A stretch of 64,000 nucleotides of DNA from Octopus sinensis. Lineage: Eukaryota. This document shows positions 26,132-37,963 of the stretch, piece by piece; position 1 is the first letter of the stretch; every line of letters starts with the position of its first letter. The notes under the pieces were generated by a model that had not been told where the DNA came from, made no database searches, and saw nothing but the letters and a program-made list of their open reading frames with translations. The stretch lies in contig NC_042997.1 in assembly GCF_006345805.1 (NCBI RefSeq), forward strand, positions 38,626,001 through 38,690,000, written 5' to 3'. Position numbers and translations under genes: made by a program.

Positions 26132-26993
26132 GGTCATTCATTTATCTATATATGAGTGAGTCTTTGTACATTTGTGTATGTGTAGGAGCATCTGTGTGTA
26201 CAAAAACTCACACAGACACAGACACATATATGTAAACAGTCATTATTACTCATAAATTTTACATTATATCGTATTATATTATATATGTGCGTGTCGTGGA
26301 TAGAAGACCTTGGCTCCGCGAGAATGTAAATGCGTGCGGTTTTATTTTTTTTTTTTTTTTCTTGGCATTCAACTACAATGTAATTTATTATCATCATAAC
26401 GTCTCGTTACCACTGTTCGTCAGTTGCAATATCTCTCTACTTTTCTCCTCTTCATTCAAGCTGAATCCATCTAACACCAACACCCACTCTATTTCTCCAT
26501 TTTTCATTTTCTGATGGGTGGATGGTGATCGTTTTGTCGTTCAAAACATGGCGACAAAATGTTTGTAATGTATTGTTATAATAAAGAAGATATTACTTCT
26601 GTTCAGAGGCTTCTAGAGGTCAGATTTGCTTCAATATTTTTCCATGCACATGGCCTTACATCTAAGATTACATACGCCAAAACATTTTATCGTGACTACG
26701 CGTAGTTTAGACTTAAAATAATGTATACACATAAAAATAAATAGACATTGAATATCAATGCTATATAGATTTCCATAGACAATGTGTAGTGCCGCTAATA
26801 CAATACAAAACACTGAAAGTAAATACAACTACGGTGAAAGACCTTGGAGCGAAGTTCCTGCCAAGATTCGAACTCAATCTCGCTCAATCTTTTAATCTAG
26901 AACCACAGCCAAGTTCTATTTTGACAAAATGCATGGCAAGCTTCGTGAACTGAACTATATTGCCAATCAGCATCGGCTGGAATATATCCAGTA

Positions 26994-27321
26994 GGGTAAA
27001 GAACCCCTTCGGTCATGAATGATCATGGGATTGCACCTAGAAAGTTCCCCTCCAAGGTATAAGCCCGGGCAAAATTGTTTACGGAGACCCTCAGTTGCCC
27101 ATGCGTACCAGCCGCCCCCTTTCCACGCCAGAAAGGCAAAGGGGCCGATACAGCCTGAAACCAGTGACATCGCAACTCATTTATACAGCTGAATATAAAC
27201 CTGGAGCAACGTGAAATAAAGTGCCTTGATCTAGAAAGTAACACACACCCCGGTCTGAGAATCGAACTCACTGTCTCATGATTGTGAGCCCGACGCTCTA
27301 ACCACTGAGCTATGCACCTTC
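26994..27321 (-). mobile_element. SINE family D
   Basis: Reverse match to 53742-54075. Confidence 0.85.
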
Positions 27322-27991
27322 TCGCCCAGTAATGTAATACACTTAAAATTTGTGTCATTTCCTGACAAATTACATTTCCGAATGTTCTAGAAGCTTTGCT
27401 CAAGGATATGAAAAACTGGAGTGTTGAACCTCCAAAATAGTATCCCTTCAGGCGCTATACGGAACTCTTCGCTCAATTCCATGAAAGGTGTTCTTTCTTG
27501 GAATTGTTTTATATAACATGCGTTCTATACCGTGATCGGCAAAAGTTAATCAACGTTGAGCCGTAATGCCGACATGCATACATATCTATACACATGCAAA
27601 TATCTTGCCACGTAATTAATTATTATTATTATTATTATTCTATATATAATAGCTATGCATATTTATTATATAACTGCATTAATTAAGCCATTATTTCTAT
27701 CATGATATAAAATTATAAATATCACATAATAACGGATATTTTTCAACACAATTCATTGCACATATTAGATACAACTGTTTGGTATAATTATATGGAACTA
27801 CAAAACATTAATTGTAGGCTAATTCTGATTTTGAAACGCATTTTCTAACTTAATTAGCTGAACAGCCCAACAAACCCAATGCTATCGATTGTATTAATTG
27901 ACTTCTTACGTTCGATTTAACATGTAGATTTAATATTTCGCTTTTGGATTTGGTTTGCAAGATTCTTTATGTGAGTTCGTGTGTTGAAGCA

Positions 27992-28172
27992 TATTCTGTT
28001 GTGTCTGGGGAGAGTCATTTTCTTTTTGTGCCTTATAATGTAACACACTTACCGGTAAAATTTCCACTTCTTTCTTTTTTTTTTTTAAAGAAATAAGTGG
28101 AAATTTTAACGGTGAGTGTGTTACATTATAAGGCACAAAAGGAAAATGGCTCTCCTCAGACACAACAGAATG
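27992..28172. repeat. Inverted repeat (about 80-bp arms, poly-T spacer), probably a collapsed long-TIR MITE
   Basis: TATTCTGTTGTGTCTGGGGAGAG..CCACTT versus AAGTGG..CTCTCCTCAGACACAACAGAATG. Confidence 0.8.
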
Positions 28173-28427
28173 TAGATTTAAACTATGTTAAAAAGAAACT
28201 TAGACAATGCAATCATGTTTCCAATTCTGTCATCATCACTTCAAGAACTCGTAGAGTTAGATGCTGCTTAGCACAGACTTAGATTTCGTACAGTTCGTTG
28301 TCTATTTATATATGATGCGATTGCTCTTCCTTATTTTGTCCCATTCATGTGCTTGTTTGCTGCTAATCTTACGTGACTCTATTCTTAGAAAATCTACATA
28401 ATTATGTATAGTGCTTGTGATATTATG

Positions 28428-28784
28428 TGGCACTCCGTCGGTTACGACGACGCGGATTTCAGATGATCCGATCACTAGAACAGCCTGCTCGTGAAATTAA
28501 CGTGCAAGTGGCTGAGCATTCCACAGAAATGTGTAATTTTAACGTAGTTCTCGGGGCGATTCAGCGTGACACAGAGTGTGACAAGGCTGGCCCTTTGAAA
28601 TAGAGGTACAACAGAAACAGGAAGAAAGAGTGAGAAGAGGTTGTGATGAAAGTGCACAGCAGGGTTCGCCACCCCACCCCGCCGGAGCCTCGTCGAGTTT
28701 TAGGTGATTTCGTTCAATAAACACTCACAACGCCCGGTCTGCGAATCGAAACCGCGACCCTAACCACTAGGCCATTGCACCTCT
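28428..28784 (-). mobile_element. SINE family C
   Basis: Reverse match to 13511-13898. Confidence 0.88.
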
Positions 28785-29039
28785 ACATGTTACATACATG
28801 CGATAATTGCTCGTAATTTATGTACAAGGCTAACAGTTCTGAGGGGCAGTAGATGACTGATACTTTATTTTTATCAGTACCGAGATTTTAACTCAGAATA
28901 TAAAGAACCGGAAAATAAACTTCAATGCATTTTTTCCCATATTCTAATGATTCAGCCAGGTTTCTGCTTGAAAAATACATGCATGCTATTACAATGATAG
29001 CTATACTAGTAATAAAAACAATGATAATAATACTTTCTA

Positions 29040-29250
29040 TTATAGGCATAAGGCCTGTGGTTTTTTGGGGGGGTGGAGGACTAGTCGATTACATCGATCC
29101 CAGAATTTCACTGGTACTTAATTTATCTGACCCCCGAAAGGATGAAAGGCAAAGTCGACCTCGGTGGAATTTGAACTCAGAACGTAGCGACTTGCGAAAT
29201 ACCGCTAAACATCTTACCCGGGATGCTAACGATTGTGCCAGCTGGCTGCC
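29040..29250 (-). mobile_element. SINE family B variant abutting (AAT)n
   Basis: Reverse match; head adjoins (AAT)n at 29253-29340. Confidence 0.8.
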
Positions 29251-29308
<58 letters not shown>

Positions 29309-29513
29309 TAATAATAGTAAAAATAATAATAATAATAATGATGAGGATGATGAAGATTTCAAATTCGGCAGAGGTCGACTTTGTCTTTCATCCTTTTAGG
29401 GACGATAAATTAAGTACAAGTGAAACATTGGGGTTGATGTTATCGACTAGTCCCCCTTCCCCAAAAATTTCAGGCCTTGTCTCTTTAGTAGAAAGGATTA
29501 TTATTATTATTAT

Positions 29514-29561
<48 letters not shown>

Positions 29562-29762
29562 CAGTATAGCTGTCGTTATTATATGTATGAATGTATTTTT
29601 CAGGCAGAAACCTGGCTGAATCGGTTCTTGACATTCTGAGTTCAAATCCCGATGCTGATAAAATAAAGTATCAATCATGTACTTCACCTCAAAATTGTTG
29701 GCCCTGTACATAAATTACAAGCAATTATCGTATATATGTAACATAATGTAATATCTCAAGTA

Positions 29763-30546
29763 TCTCTTATTATAAAAGGCAGATTTTATCTGCCTCCCTT
29801 TGTCTCTTATAGAAATCTACAATATAGGATTTCTTCAATTACAATTTATCTAACATTTTTAAGAGTAGAATGCATCGAGTCGTGCCAGGTCCGGTTTTTA
29901 AAATTTCAACCCCAATTAAGCAAAATTTAGAGAAAACTCACATTGTGGTGTCTAAGTCAAGTGCTTTTCTTAGTGTGGGCTATAGCATACGCACACACAC
30001 ACACACACACACAAAAAGGGAGCGATCTGATTCACTCACGCTATCACTCTAATTTCTACGACTTTCTCTTTGCAAGTTTGCAACGATTAAAGTGAAACTA
30101 ATTCTATAAAACGAGAGAAGTGTACCTTAAACCACTACTAAAAAAAAAAACACAGCAAACAGAAACAAATAAATACATAACGATTTACTCCTCACACAAT
30201 TTCTTCAATTAGACTTTACCCATGATTTTTCAAAGTACTTCCATTGGGTCATGCCATACAAAATTTCTTTCAATTTTACCCCCAATTAAGACAAAATTCG
30301 AGAAAACTCAATATTTTAACATTTCACTCCGAAAGCATTGATGTACATGTGTGCGTGCGTGAGTGTGTGTGTGTCATTCCTCACACACACGCATACACAT
30401 ACATACATGACAGTGACAAACACAAACGTTTCAAACAACTACATACAAACACGTGTGTGTTTGTTATTAGTAAAAAAGGCGCCAAAACACAACTCACTTA
30501 TCATTCCAACATATTTGCAAAGACACACGGACGGTCGAATTGCTAT
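29763..30546 (+). mobile_element. Possible second non-autonomous Helitron family
   Basis: Starts A|TCTCTTATTATAAAAG, similar to the confirmed Helitron 5' ends; the 3' CTAG/hairpin is not confirmed. Confidence 0.3.
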
Positions 30547-30776
30547 AACAATACAGAAAAGGTAAATTGGTTTTTATTTTACTTTCTGTCGTTAAATTTT
30601 GGTAGTATTAATTGGCGAGCCATACATACATAAATATATACACATATTCTGTATATATTTTATTATATAATATTATATATAGATATATGTATATATAATT
30701 GCAGTATGAAACAGTGTTTATGTATAAACAGACGACACTTATATATAGTTATTAATAAATGTATGCATCCGTTTAA

Positions 30777-31853
30777 CCCTTTCGTTACCAAACCGCCCGA
30801 AAAAAGTTTTGGTTAATGTGACCAAGCCGCCCCAAACCGCCCGAATTTACCTATTCATATTTAAATGAGAATATCAGAGTAAATCTCTTTAGTACATTCG
30901 TGAAAACACGTATTATACTTCGTAAACAGTTCAACTACAGTTTTGTACAAAAATCGAAGTGTAATTTTAATTCCGTGAATTATGGGAGATTTTTTTCCGA
31001 AATTTGTTCCTATTGTGTTTTCAAAATTTGTAATTCTGACAAAAAATGGATACGAATTTCATTATATCAAGCAGCGAGTCAGAATTCGAAGGATTTTCTA
31101 CTGAAGACCTTCATAAATCTAACTCTATGACTGAAAAAAAAAAGCATGTGGTATTTGATAATGAATCTGATGTTTCATTTTCCGAAAGTGAAAACAGTGA
31201 ATCCGAGAGCTCCGACAGCGATAAAGAAAATGAATTGGCACCTGAATGGAGTGAAAATTTAAAAACTGTTTCTTTCGGTGATTTTTCTGAAGAAACTGGA
31301 CCAAGCCACAGACTTTCCCAGAAGAGTAAAGCCTTAGACTATTCTTTTTACTTTTTCGAATGAGCCTATTTGAAATCATTACGGCGGAAACGAACTGTTA
31401 CGCTAAACGTAAACAAAGCGAAAGAAAGGATAGTTTGTTATTTCCCACAACCTTAAATGAAATTAAGGTCTATTTTGCCATAAATATTATTATGGGTATC
31501 AGAAAGTTACCCAGAATAACAAATTCTATCGTAAAATTTTGTTGTATACCCAATTGAATATTAGCTAATAACCCATTTTCTATAGCGATGTTTGAACAAA
31601 ATTTTAATAATTTTATATATTGTTGAATTTACCTGTATCTACCTGCAATTAGAGTCACTTTGTGACAAAAATTATAGTATAGAATTGGTTGAGAACATTT
31701 ATTTTAAATTATCTTCCAAAATTCATGTTAATATATTGATAAATAAAAAAGTTATAGTTGTTTAATGAAACCAGACTAAATTTATGATTACGTTAGAAAT
31801 TAATTGAAGCACATAAGGGGTGTATTTTGGCCAGAAATATAGTAACGAAAGGG
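30777..31853 (+). mobile_element. piggyBac, internally deleted non-autonomous copy
   Basis: TTAA TSD on both sides (30773-30776, 31854-31857); TIRs CCCTTTCGTTAC / GTAACGAAAGGG. Confidence 0.93.
31046..31557 (+). pseudogene. piggyBac transposase N-terminal fragment (frameshifted, truncated)
   Basis: Acidic/Ser-rich N-terminus, then LFEIITAETNCYA..TTLNEIKVYFAINIIMGIRKLP typical of piggyBac/PGBD; frame change near 31360. Confidence 0.85.
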
Positions 31854-31965
31854 TTAAGAAAAACCAAAAAATATTTTATTCTTTATAAATGTTGTGTTCA
31901 AAATAACATTTTCTTTTAAGAATGTGTATATAACAAAGTATGTGTATATAACTACGTGGCTTATA

Positions 31966-32362
31966 TCTTTATATATAAGAGTGAAGTTGTGTTTCTGTCT
32001 CCTACGATTTAGATTCATAACTACTCCCACATTTTGCGGTGCAGTTTAACCAAAATCAGGTATCTTATAGTCGTGATTCATATCGAGCCCTTCTGGGTAT
32101 TAGCGCGCGTCTACGATGAGTCTACGATTTTAAAAAAATTTACCATCATATTTTCCCATTTTAATGCATTTTCTTCGCTATTATATAAGGGAAGTAACTC
32201 TCTAAAAATATCTACGATGTGTCAACGATTTAAAAAAAAATTTACCTCAATTTTTTTTCAATTTTTAATGCATTTTTTGCTATTTTTTGGCTATAACTCT
32301 CTAAAAATGCTTATATAGTTATTTCCCTTACAAACCCGAGCAACGCCGGGCGATACTGCTAG
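31966..32362 (+). mobile_element. Non-autonomous Helitron
   Basis: A|TCTTTATATATAAG ... CCCGAGCAACGCCGGG CGATACTG CTAG|T. Confidence 0.9.
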
Positions 32363-32424
32363 TTATACATAATTCTATAGATTTTCTAAGAATAGAGTCA
32401 CGTAAGATTAGCAGCAAACAAACA

Positions 32425-32603
32425 CCAACCGATGTTGGTGTGTTTACGTCCCGTAACTTAACAGTTCGGCGAGGAGACCGATAGAATACGTACTTGGCTT
32501 ACAAAGAATAAGCCCTGGGGTCGATTTGTTCGACTAAAGGCGGTGCTCCAGCATGGCCGCAGTCAAATGACTGAAGCAAGTAAAAGAGTAAAAGAGTAAA
32601 AGA
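32425..32603 (+). mobile_element. SINE family A, 3' half only
   Basis: Begins after the internal microsatellite; intact tail. Confidence 0.85.
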
Positions 32604-32672
32604 ATATTGTTCCAATTTCAGTCTTCTATGGTTATATACATATTTAGAAAGCCTTCTTTTCCTCTTTAATTA

Positions 32673-33067
32673 CTATTACTCTTTTACTCTTTGACTTGTT
32701 TCAGTCGTTTGACTGCGGCCATGCTGGAGCACCGCCTTTAATCGAATCAAATCGACCCCAGGACTTATTCTTTTGTAAGCCCAGTACTTATTCTATCGGT
32801 CTCTTTTGCCGAACCGCTAAGTGACGGGGACGTAAACACACCAGCATCGGTTGTCAAGCAATGGTGGGGGAACAAACACAGACACACAAACACATACACA
32901 CACACTTATATATATATACATATATACGACAGGCTTCTTTCAGTTTCCGTCTACCAAATCCACTCACAAGGCATTGGTCGGCCCGGGGCTATAGCAGAAG
33001 ACACCTGCCCAAGATGCCACGCAGTGGGACTGAACCCGGAACCATGTGGTTGGTAGGCAAGTTACTT
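32673..33067 (-). mobile_element. SINE family A body (head displaced to 35177-35212 by an insertion)
   Basis: Stops at GCAAGTTACTT; the remaining head follows the duplicated GCAAGCTACTT at 35180-35190. Confidence 0.88.
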
Positions 33068-35176
33068 TATTTCAAAACATTTGCCATAAAGGCAGTACAC
33101 AGATTAAGTTAGCTTTGCGGGCTGGACGAGGACATTAATGAAGTGAATGATAATGAAAGAAAGATGATAAGGATGGGAGAAGACAAAAAGCGCCCGCCGA
33201 CTTTCGCTTCTCTAAAACATTGTTCTTTTTAAAGATAAACACAAAACGAGGTATTAAACCTCTTACAATTTTTACAATTTTTGGACTTAGCAGTCCATTA
33301 CTAATAATAACAGTTCAATAATTACATATCGTCCTCGAAATAACGTGTGCCAGCGCCCTCCACCATCAACCACGCCTCCCTCAGAACGTAATCAAGTTCC
33401 GAGTTAGCGCCGCCCGGGACCATGTTATAATCTTCATTGAGCTCCTTTAGCCCAAGCGTCACATCGAACGCCACGGCCTCCACAGCTACCTGCGGAGGCC
33501 ATTCGGGGTCCTGTGTGAAGGCTAAAGGTGCTCCCTTGTGGTGCTCTTCCATCACCTTTTCAATTTCTCCGCCTCTATAGAAGAGGACCAATACGTTCAG
33601 TTCTTTCGTTGGCGGCACAGTTCCCGCCAACGGTATTCCTTCTCTTGTCGGTGGCACAACCACAACCGACGTAGTTCCGGGACATTCCGGTGCTATGTCA
33701 CCGACAGCCGGTAATGTCCCGTTTTTCTTCCTCTTTTTCTTTTTTTTCCCCTTTTCAACTGAGGGAGGGTGCGTCTCCTCCGTGGCTGGAAGATTCGCCT
33801 TCCTCTCCTCATCCCTATTATCTTTTGGTGAGCACCCATTGTTGCTCACCTTCCTCTTTCGGCCTCTGTTTGAGGAGTCCTCTGCTTTCTCGGCCGTTAT
33901 CATTCCCTCTTCTAGAGGGGTTTTACTTAACTGTTCCGGGATCCTATTTTGTTCCCGGGGACAGTTCTTCTTTATGTGGCCGGACTCCAAGCACCGATGA
34001 CACTTAGGGAGGCGACCCTCAAGCATCACCGGGTACCTGCACCCGGCCATTTTCAAAAAATCTGGAAGAACCAGATTGGCTGATTGGGTCCACAGGGTCA
34101 AAATTGCTTTTGACCCAACCCAAGCAGCCGCAGGAAGAACTTTTACATTAAGGAGCTTAGTTTCGCTGCCACCCAGACCCCGGCGGATAGTCTCCTCTAT
34201 CTCGGGTGGCAGCCCGCAAATCCAAGCTTTCATCAATTTCTTTTTTTTGTACGTGGGCAGGAATAAAATTTCCTTACCCTCCAGGGGTTTGCTAGCAAAT
34301 TTGCAAGCCTCTTCAGGGGTGTCAAATAGCAACCACACCGTTGCATATTTGACACCCCTGGAAATGAATTTAATTGTTGGCAAATACTCTTCCAACTCCT
34401 TTTCAATTGCCGTCTTTTCGAATAGGGCGATGGTGTCGAGTGCCTTGGAGTAGGTTCTCAATACCACCGTCCTATCTTCACGGTCTTTTAACCACTTTTT
34501 AGGCGGTATGATCTCCCATTCCAAAAGTTTGGTTTTTTTTGTTTTTTTTTTTGTTTTTTTTTTAAATGTATTCAGAATGAAACGAGAAGAAAAGGAAATC
34601 AGAAGAAAGTCACAGTGAAAGAAGGAGAAAGTCAAATAAAGTTAGAAAGAAAGTCAAATAAAGTTGAAAAGAAAGTCAATAACACAGCAAAAACCTTCTG
34701 GCCATTCGGTACTCCCGGCCTAAATTGAACTAGGAACGCCGCAACTGGAACACAACTTCCACAAAAATTGGTGTAAAATTGGTAAAAATTGTTCAAACTT
34801 CGGAGGCAAAATACTCTCCTATATAGCAGTTTTCACAATTCATAAAAGTTCTTCACAGCACAATACAATTCTCACAATTAGGTGAAAAAAATATTCACTC
34901 AATTTATCGAAGACGGATACGCCCCCCAAAAATTTTCACAATTCAACGAGAAAAATATATTTGCCCCATGTCGGCAGAATCAGAATTCTGAATCCAGTAG
35001 GACTACCTGCCTGTAAAAAAACAATTTTCAACAAAAACTCCCACTGGACCAAGAAAACAGAATCTTACCTTACAATGGGGCTTCCAAAATTCTCAATTCA
35101 AGACGGCTTCAAAAGCACGTCTTCACCGCTTCAGTGCCAAACACAACACTGACTCGCACATGCGCAGAAGCAACTG
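33068..35176 (-). mobile_element. ORF1-only Tx1/L1-like non-LTR element (HAL1-like architecture)
   Basis: 5' UTR starting CAGTTGC, one long ORF, about 250-nt 3' UTR ending in AATAAA, flanked by an imperfect 11-14 bp duplication of SINE sequence; no ORF2. Confidence 0.75.
33322..34635 (-). CDS. LINE ORF1-like protein (RRM-like region, CCHC zinc knuckle, basic NLS-like tracts)
   Basis: 437 open codons; PKCHRCLESGHIKKNCP is CX2CX4HX4C; RGRKRK and KKKKKRKK tracts. The ORF starts at TTG and there is no in-frame ATG near the start. Confidence 0.8.
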   Translation of the reverse strand: MTFSFFHCDFLLISFSSRFILNTFKKKTKKKTKKTKLLEWEIIPPKKWLKDREDRTVVLRTYSKALDTIALFEKTAIEKELEEYLPTIKFISRGVKYATVWLLFDTPEEACKFASKPLEGKEILFLPTYKKKKLMKAWICGLPPEIEETIRRGLGGSETKLLNVKVLPAAAWVGSKAILTLWTQSANLVLPDFLKMAGCRYPVMLEGRLPKCHRCLESGHIKKNCPREQNRIPEQLSKTPLEEGMITAEKAEDSSNRGRKRKVSNNGCSPKDNRDEERKANLPATEETHPPSVEKGKKKKKRKKNGTLPAVGDIAPECPGTTSVVVVPPTREGIPLAGTVPPTKELNVLVLFYRGGEIEKVMEEHHKGAPLAFTQDPEWPPQVAVEAVAFDVTLGLKELNEDYNMVPGGANSELDYVLREAWLMVEGAGTRYFEDDM

Positions 35177-35601
35177 TTAGCAAGCTACTTACCACACAGC
35201 CACTCCTGCGCCTATGCATACGTTTCTTTCGTGTTCAGTCGCACTTCCACCTAAGCAGAGAATTGAAAGAATTCTCGTACCGAAATGCTTTTCTGCAAAT
35301 ACTCATCTCGAGAACTGGTTCAAATTTTTCAGTTTCTCTTCTTGAATCTTAATAATGGTTTCAAATTTGGCAACAAAAAAACAGCAATTTCGGGAGAGGG
35401 AGTAAGTCGAATACATCGACCCTCAGTGCTCAACTGATACTTATTTTATCGACTTCGAAAGGATGAAAGGCAAAGTCAATCTCGGTGGAATTTTAAATCA
35501 GAAGGTAATGACGGACGAAACACCGCTAAGCGTTTTACCCGGCGTGCTAACGATTCTGACAGCTCACCGCTTCTCTATATGTTAATATTGGTATGAGATA
35601 A

Positions 35602-35969
35602 GGCAGCGAGCTGGCAGTAACGCTAGCGCGCCGGGCGATATGCTTAGCGGTATTTCGTCTGCCTTTACGTTCTGAGTTCAAATTCCGCCGACGCCGACTT
35701 TACCTTTCATCCTATCGGGGTCTATTAAATAAATACCTATTTCTTTATTACCCACAAGGGGCTAAACACAGAGGGGACAAACAAGGACAGACATAGGTAT
35801 TAAGTCGATTACATCGACCCCAGTGCGTAACTGGTACTTAATTTATCGACCCCGAAAGATGAAAGGCAAATACCAGTTACGCACTGGGGTCGATGTAATC
35901 GACTTAATCCGTTTGTCTGTCCTTGTTTGTCCCTTCTATGTTTAGTCCCCTGTGGGCAATAAAGAAATA
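35602..35969 (+). mobile_element. SINE family B containing an antisense SINE B fragment
   Basis: 16-bp TSD AATATTGGTATGAGAT (35584-35599, 35970-35985); internal reverse copy at about 35737-35870. Confidence 0.88.
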
Positions 35970-36420
35970 AATATTGGTATGAGATGTATTAATAAGCCAT
36001 ATCTACTTCTATTACATATACTCTTACTATTGCAGTCAATTGTTTGGTATGAAAAGTTTTCTTTATATGATATGCAATATTCTAACACGTATTTTCTACA
36101 TTCTCCAATATGTTTTCTCCATCCAATTTCATTTCAATCAATTTTCTTTTATTTACCTACCCACTAGTAAGACCATTAGTAAAATCACCAGATATTTGAT
36201 ATAATTAGTCTCCCTAAGTAGTTCAAATTCATTATCCTGTGTCGCCTAAAGAAGTGTGATTGGCGCACGTGCTTTGGCTTATATTTCTTCTTGCATGATA
36301 ATGGTGAAATAAAAGTTCATTCTGAAATCAAAACTTTCAATCTGTAAAATTTATATCTAATTACTTTTTTTTAAAATTTGTCTGAGTTCCTTTCCATATT
36401 ATCTGATTTAGCCCTTCTAG

Positions 36421-36461
<41 letters not shown>

Positions 36462-37704
36462 ATTCATTCTTTTTTCCATATTTCTAATTTATCTATCATC
36501 AAAGTTCACCTCTTGATCGATGTTGAATGATACCATTTTGATTCCCTTAATAGAACATTATTGTTTCATTTTTTTCTACCCGACTCTATCATAACCATTC
36601 TCATGCTCAGTTATCTAACATGCCAAACTAACTGTTGTTTCTTTTATATAAATCATACTTGTTACGCATTTCATATCAAGTTACCGTGTAAAGAAAACTT
36701 TTTATTACTTATTTCTTAGCTAAACAAACGGTTAAGTCTACGAAGTCTCTTAACTATTTCATATAAGATCTCGAGATCTGCTTTGCTGATCTCGAAAGAT
36801 TATATGACATTTTGTGAATCACACACACCACATGACCCGATTAATCGACGATTTATAGTTTTCACTAACTTTTGAAATAATAATGTCGATTCCATTTCGA
36901 TTTTATAATCCAACTGGAGAGGAACATATAAATATGTTTCTTACAACAAAAACGCACGCACACACACACACATTCACACGTACAACACACATACAAGCAT
37001 ATGTATATGAGTATATACATGTATATATATATATACGTATGTGTGTATGTATATGTGTACATATAATATATATATATATATATAATATATATATATATAT
37101 ATAATACCTGTGCGCGTTCGTGTATACGTGAGATCGAATGTGTATGTGTGTACTTGAGGTTGCTTTATTTGTCAGGAAACACGTTTTGTCCGCCATTTAT
37201 GCATCATCCCTACATATCTGCCGTGGTACAAGCATCTACTAAGATACACATTTGATTAATTTATGGTGCACTACATCGTAGTAAAGATAGTGAACATAGA
37301 AAAAGCTACAACCATGTTTCAAAAGCACTTTCCGACTTTACATTGACGCATTCATCACTTGTTTGGCCCACTGAATCATAAACTACTTGTCACATAATGT
37401 TTTTCGAATTTGATTTAATTTGGAGAATACAGAGAGTTTGGGGAGACTTATAAGACCAGTGAAATGAATGTAATTGGTGTTCAGAATGAATTTATTTAGG
37501 TCGATGCATGCAGGAAAAGATTTGATTGAGAGAGATCGAGAGCACAGTACATCAGAAGTAAATTAAGAAATAGAACTTTAGTGTAAAAAGAAGAGGAGGA
37601 TGAGTGCATTTAATGGGATTGAGTAGATGTACACTACACAGGTGGTTGGTTGAGACGAACAGAGCTCATTATAATTACAGCCAAACATACAAAAGTTATG
37701 TGCA

Positions 37705-37963
37705 GACCCGTGGCTTAGCGGTTAGGGTGTCAGCATCATGATCGTAAGATTGTGGTTTCGATTCCTGGACCGGGCGAAGCGTTGTGTTCTTGAGCAAAAC
37801 ACTTCATTTCACGTTGCTCCAGTCCACTCAGCTGGCCAAAATGAGTAACGCTGCGATGGACTCGCGTCCCATCCAGCTGGGGAACACATACGCCACGGAA
37901 ACCGGGAAACCGGGCCCATGAGCCTGGTTGGGCTTTAAAAAGGGTGCATTTATATTTTTATTT
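37705..37963 (+). mobile_element. SINE family D-related, short-tail variant
   Basis: tRNA-like head; 14-bp TSD ATACAAAAGTTATG (37687-37700, 37964-37977). Confidence 0.85.

Noticed and set aside
26658-26810. Minus-strand phase 1-1 exon-like segment
   Set aside because: Phase incompatible with the 24888 exon, and the peptide looks like AT-rich non-coding translation.
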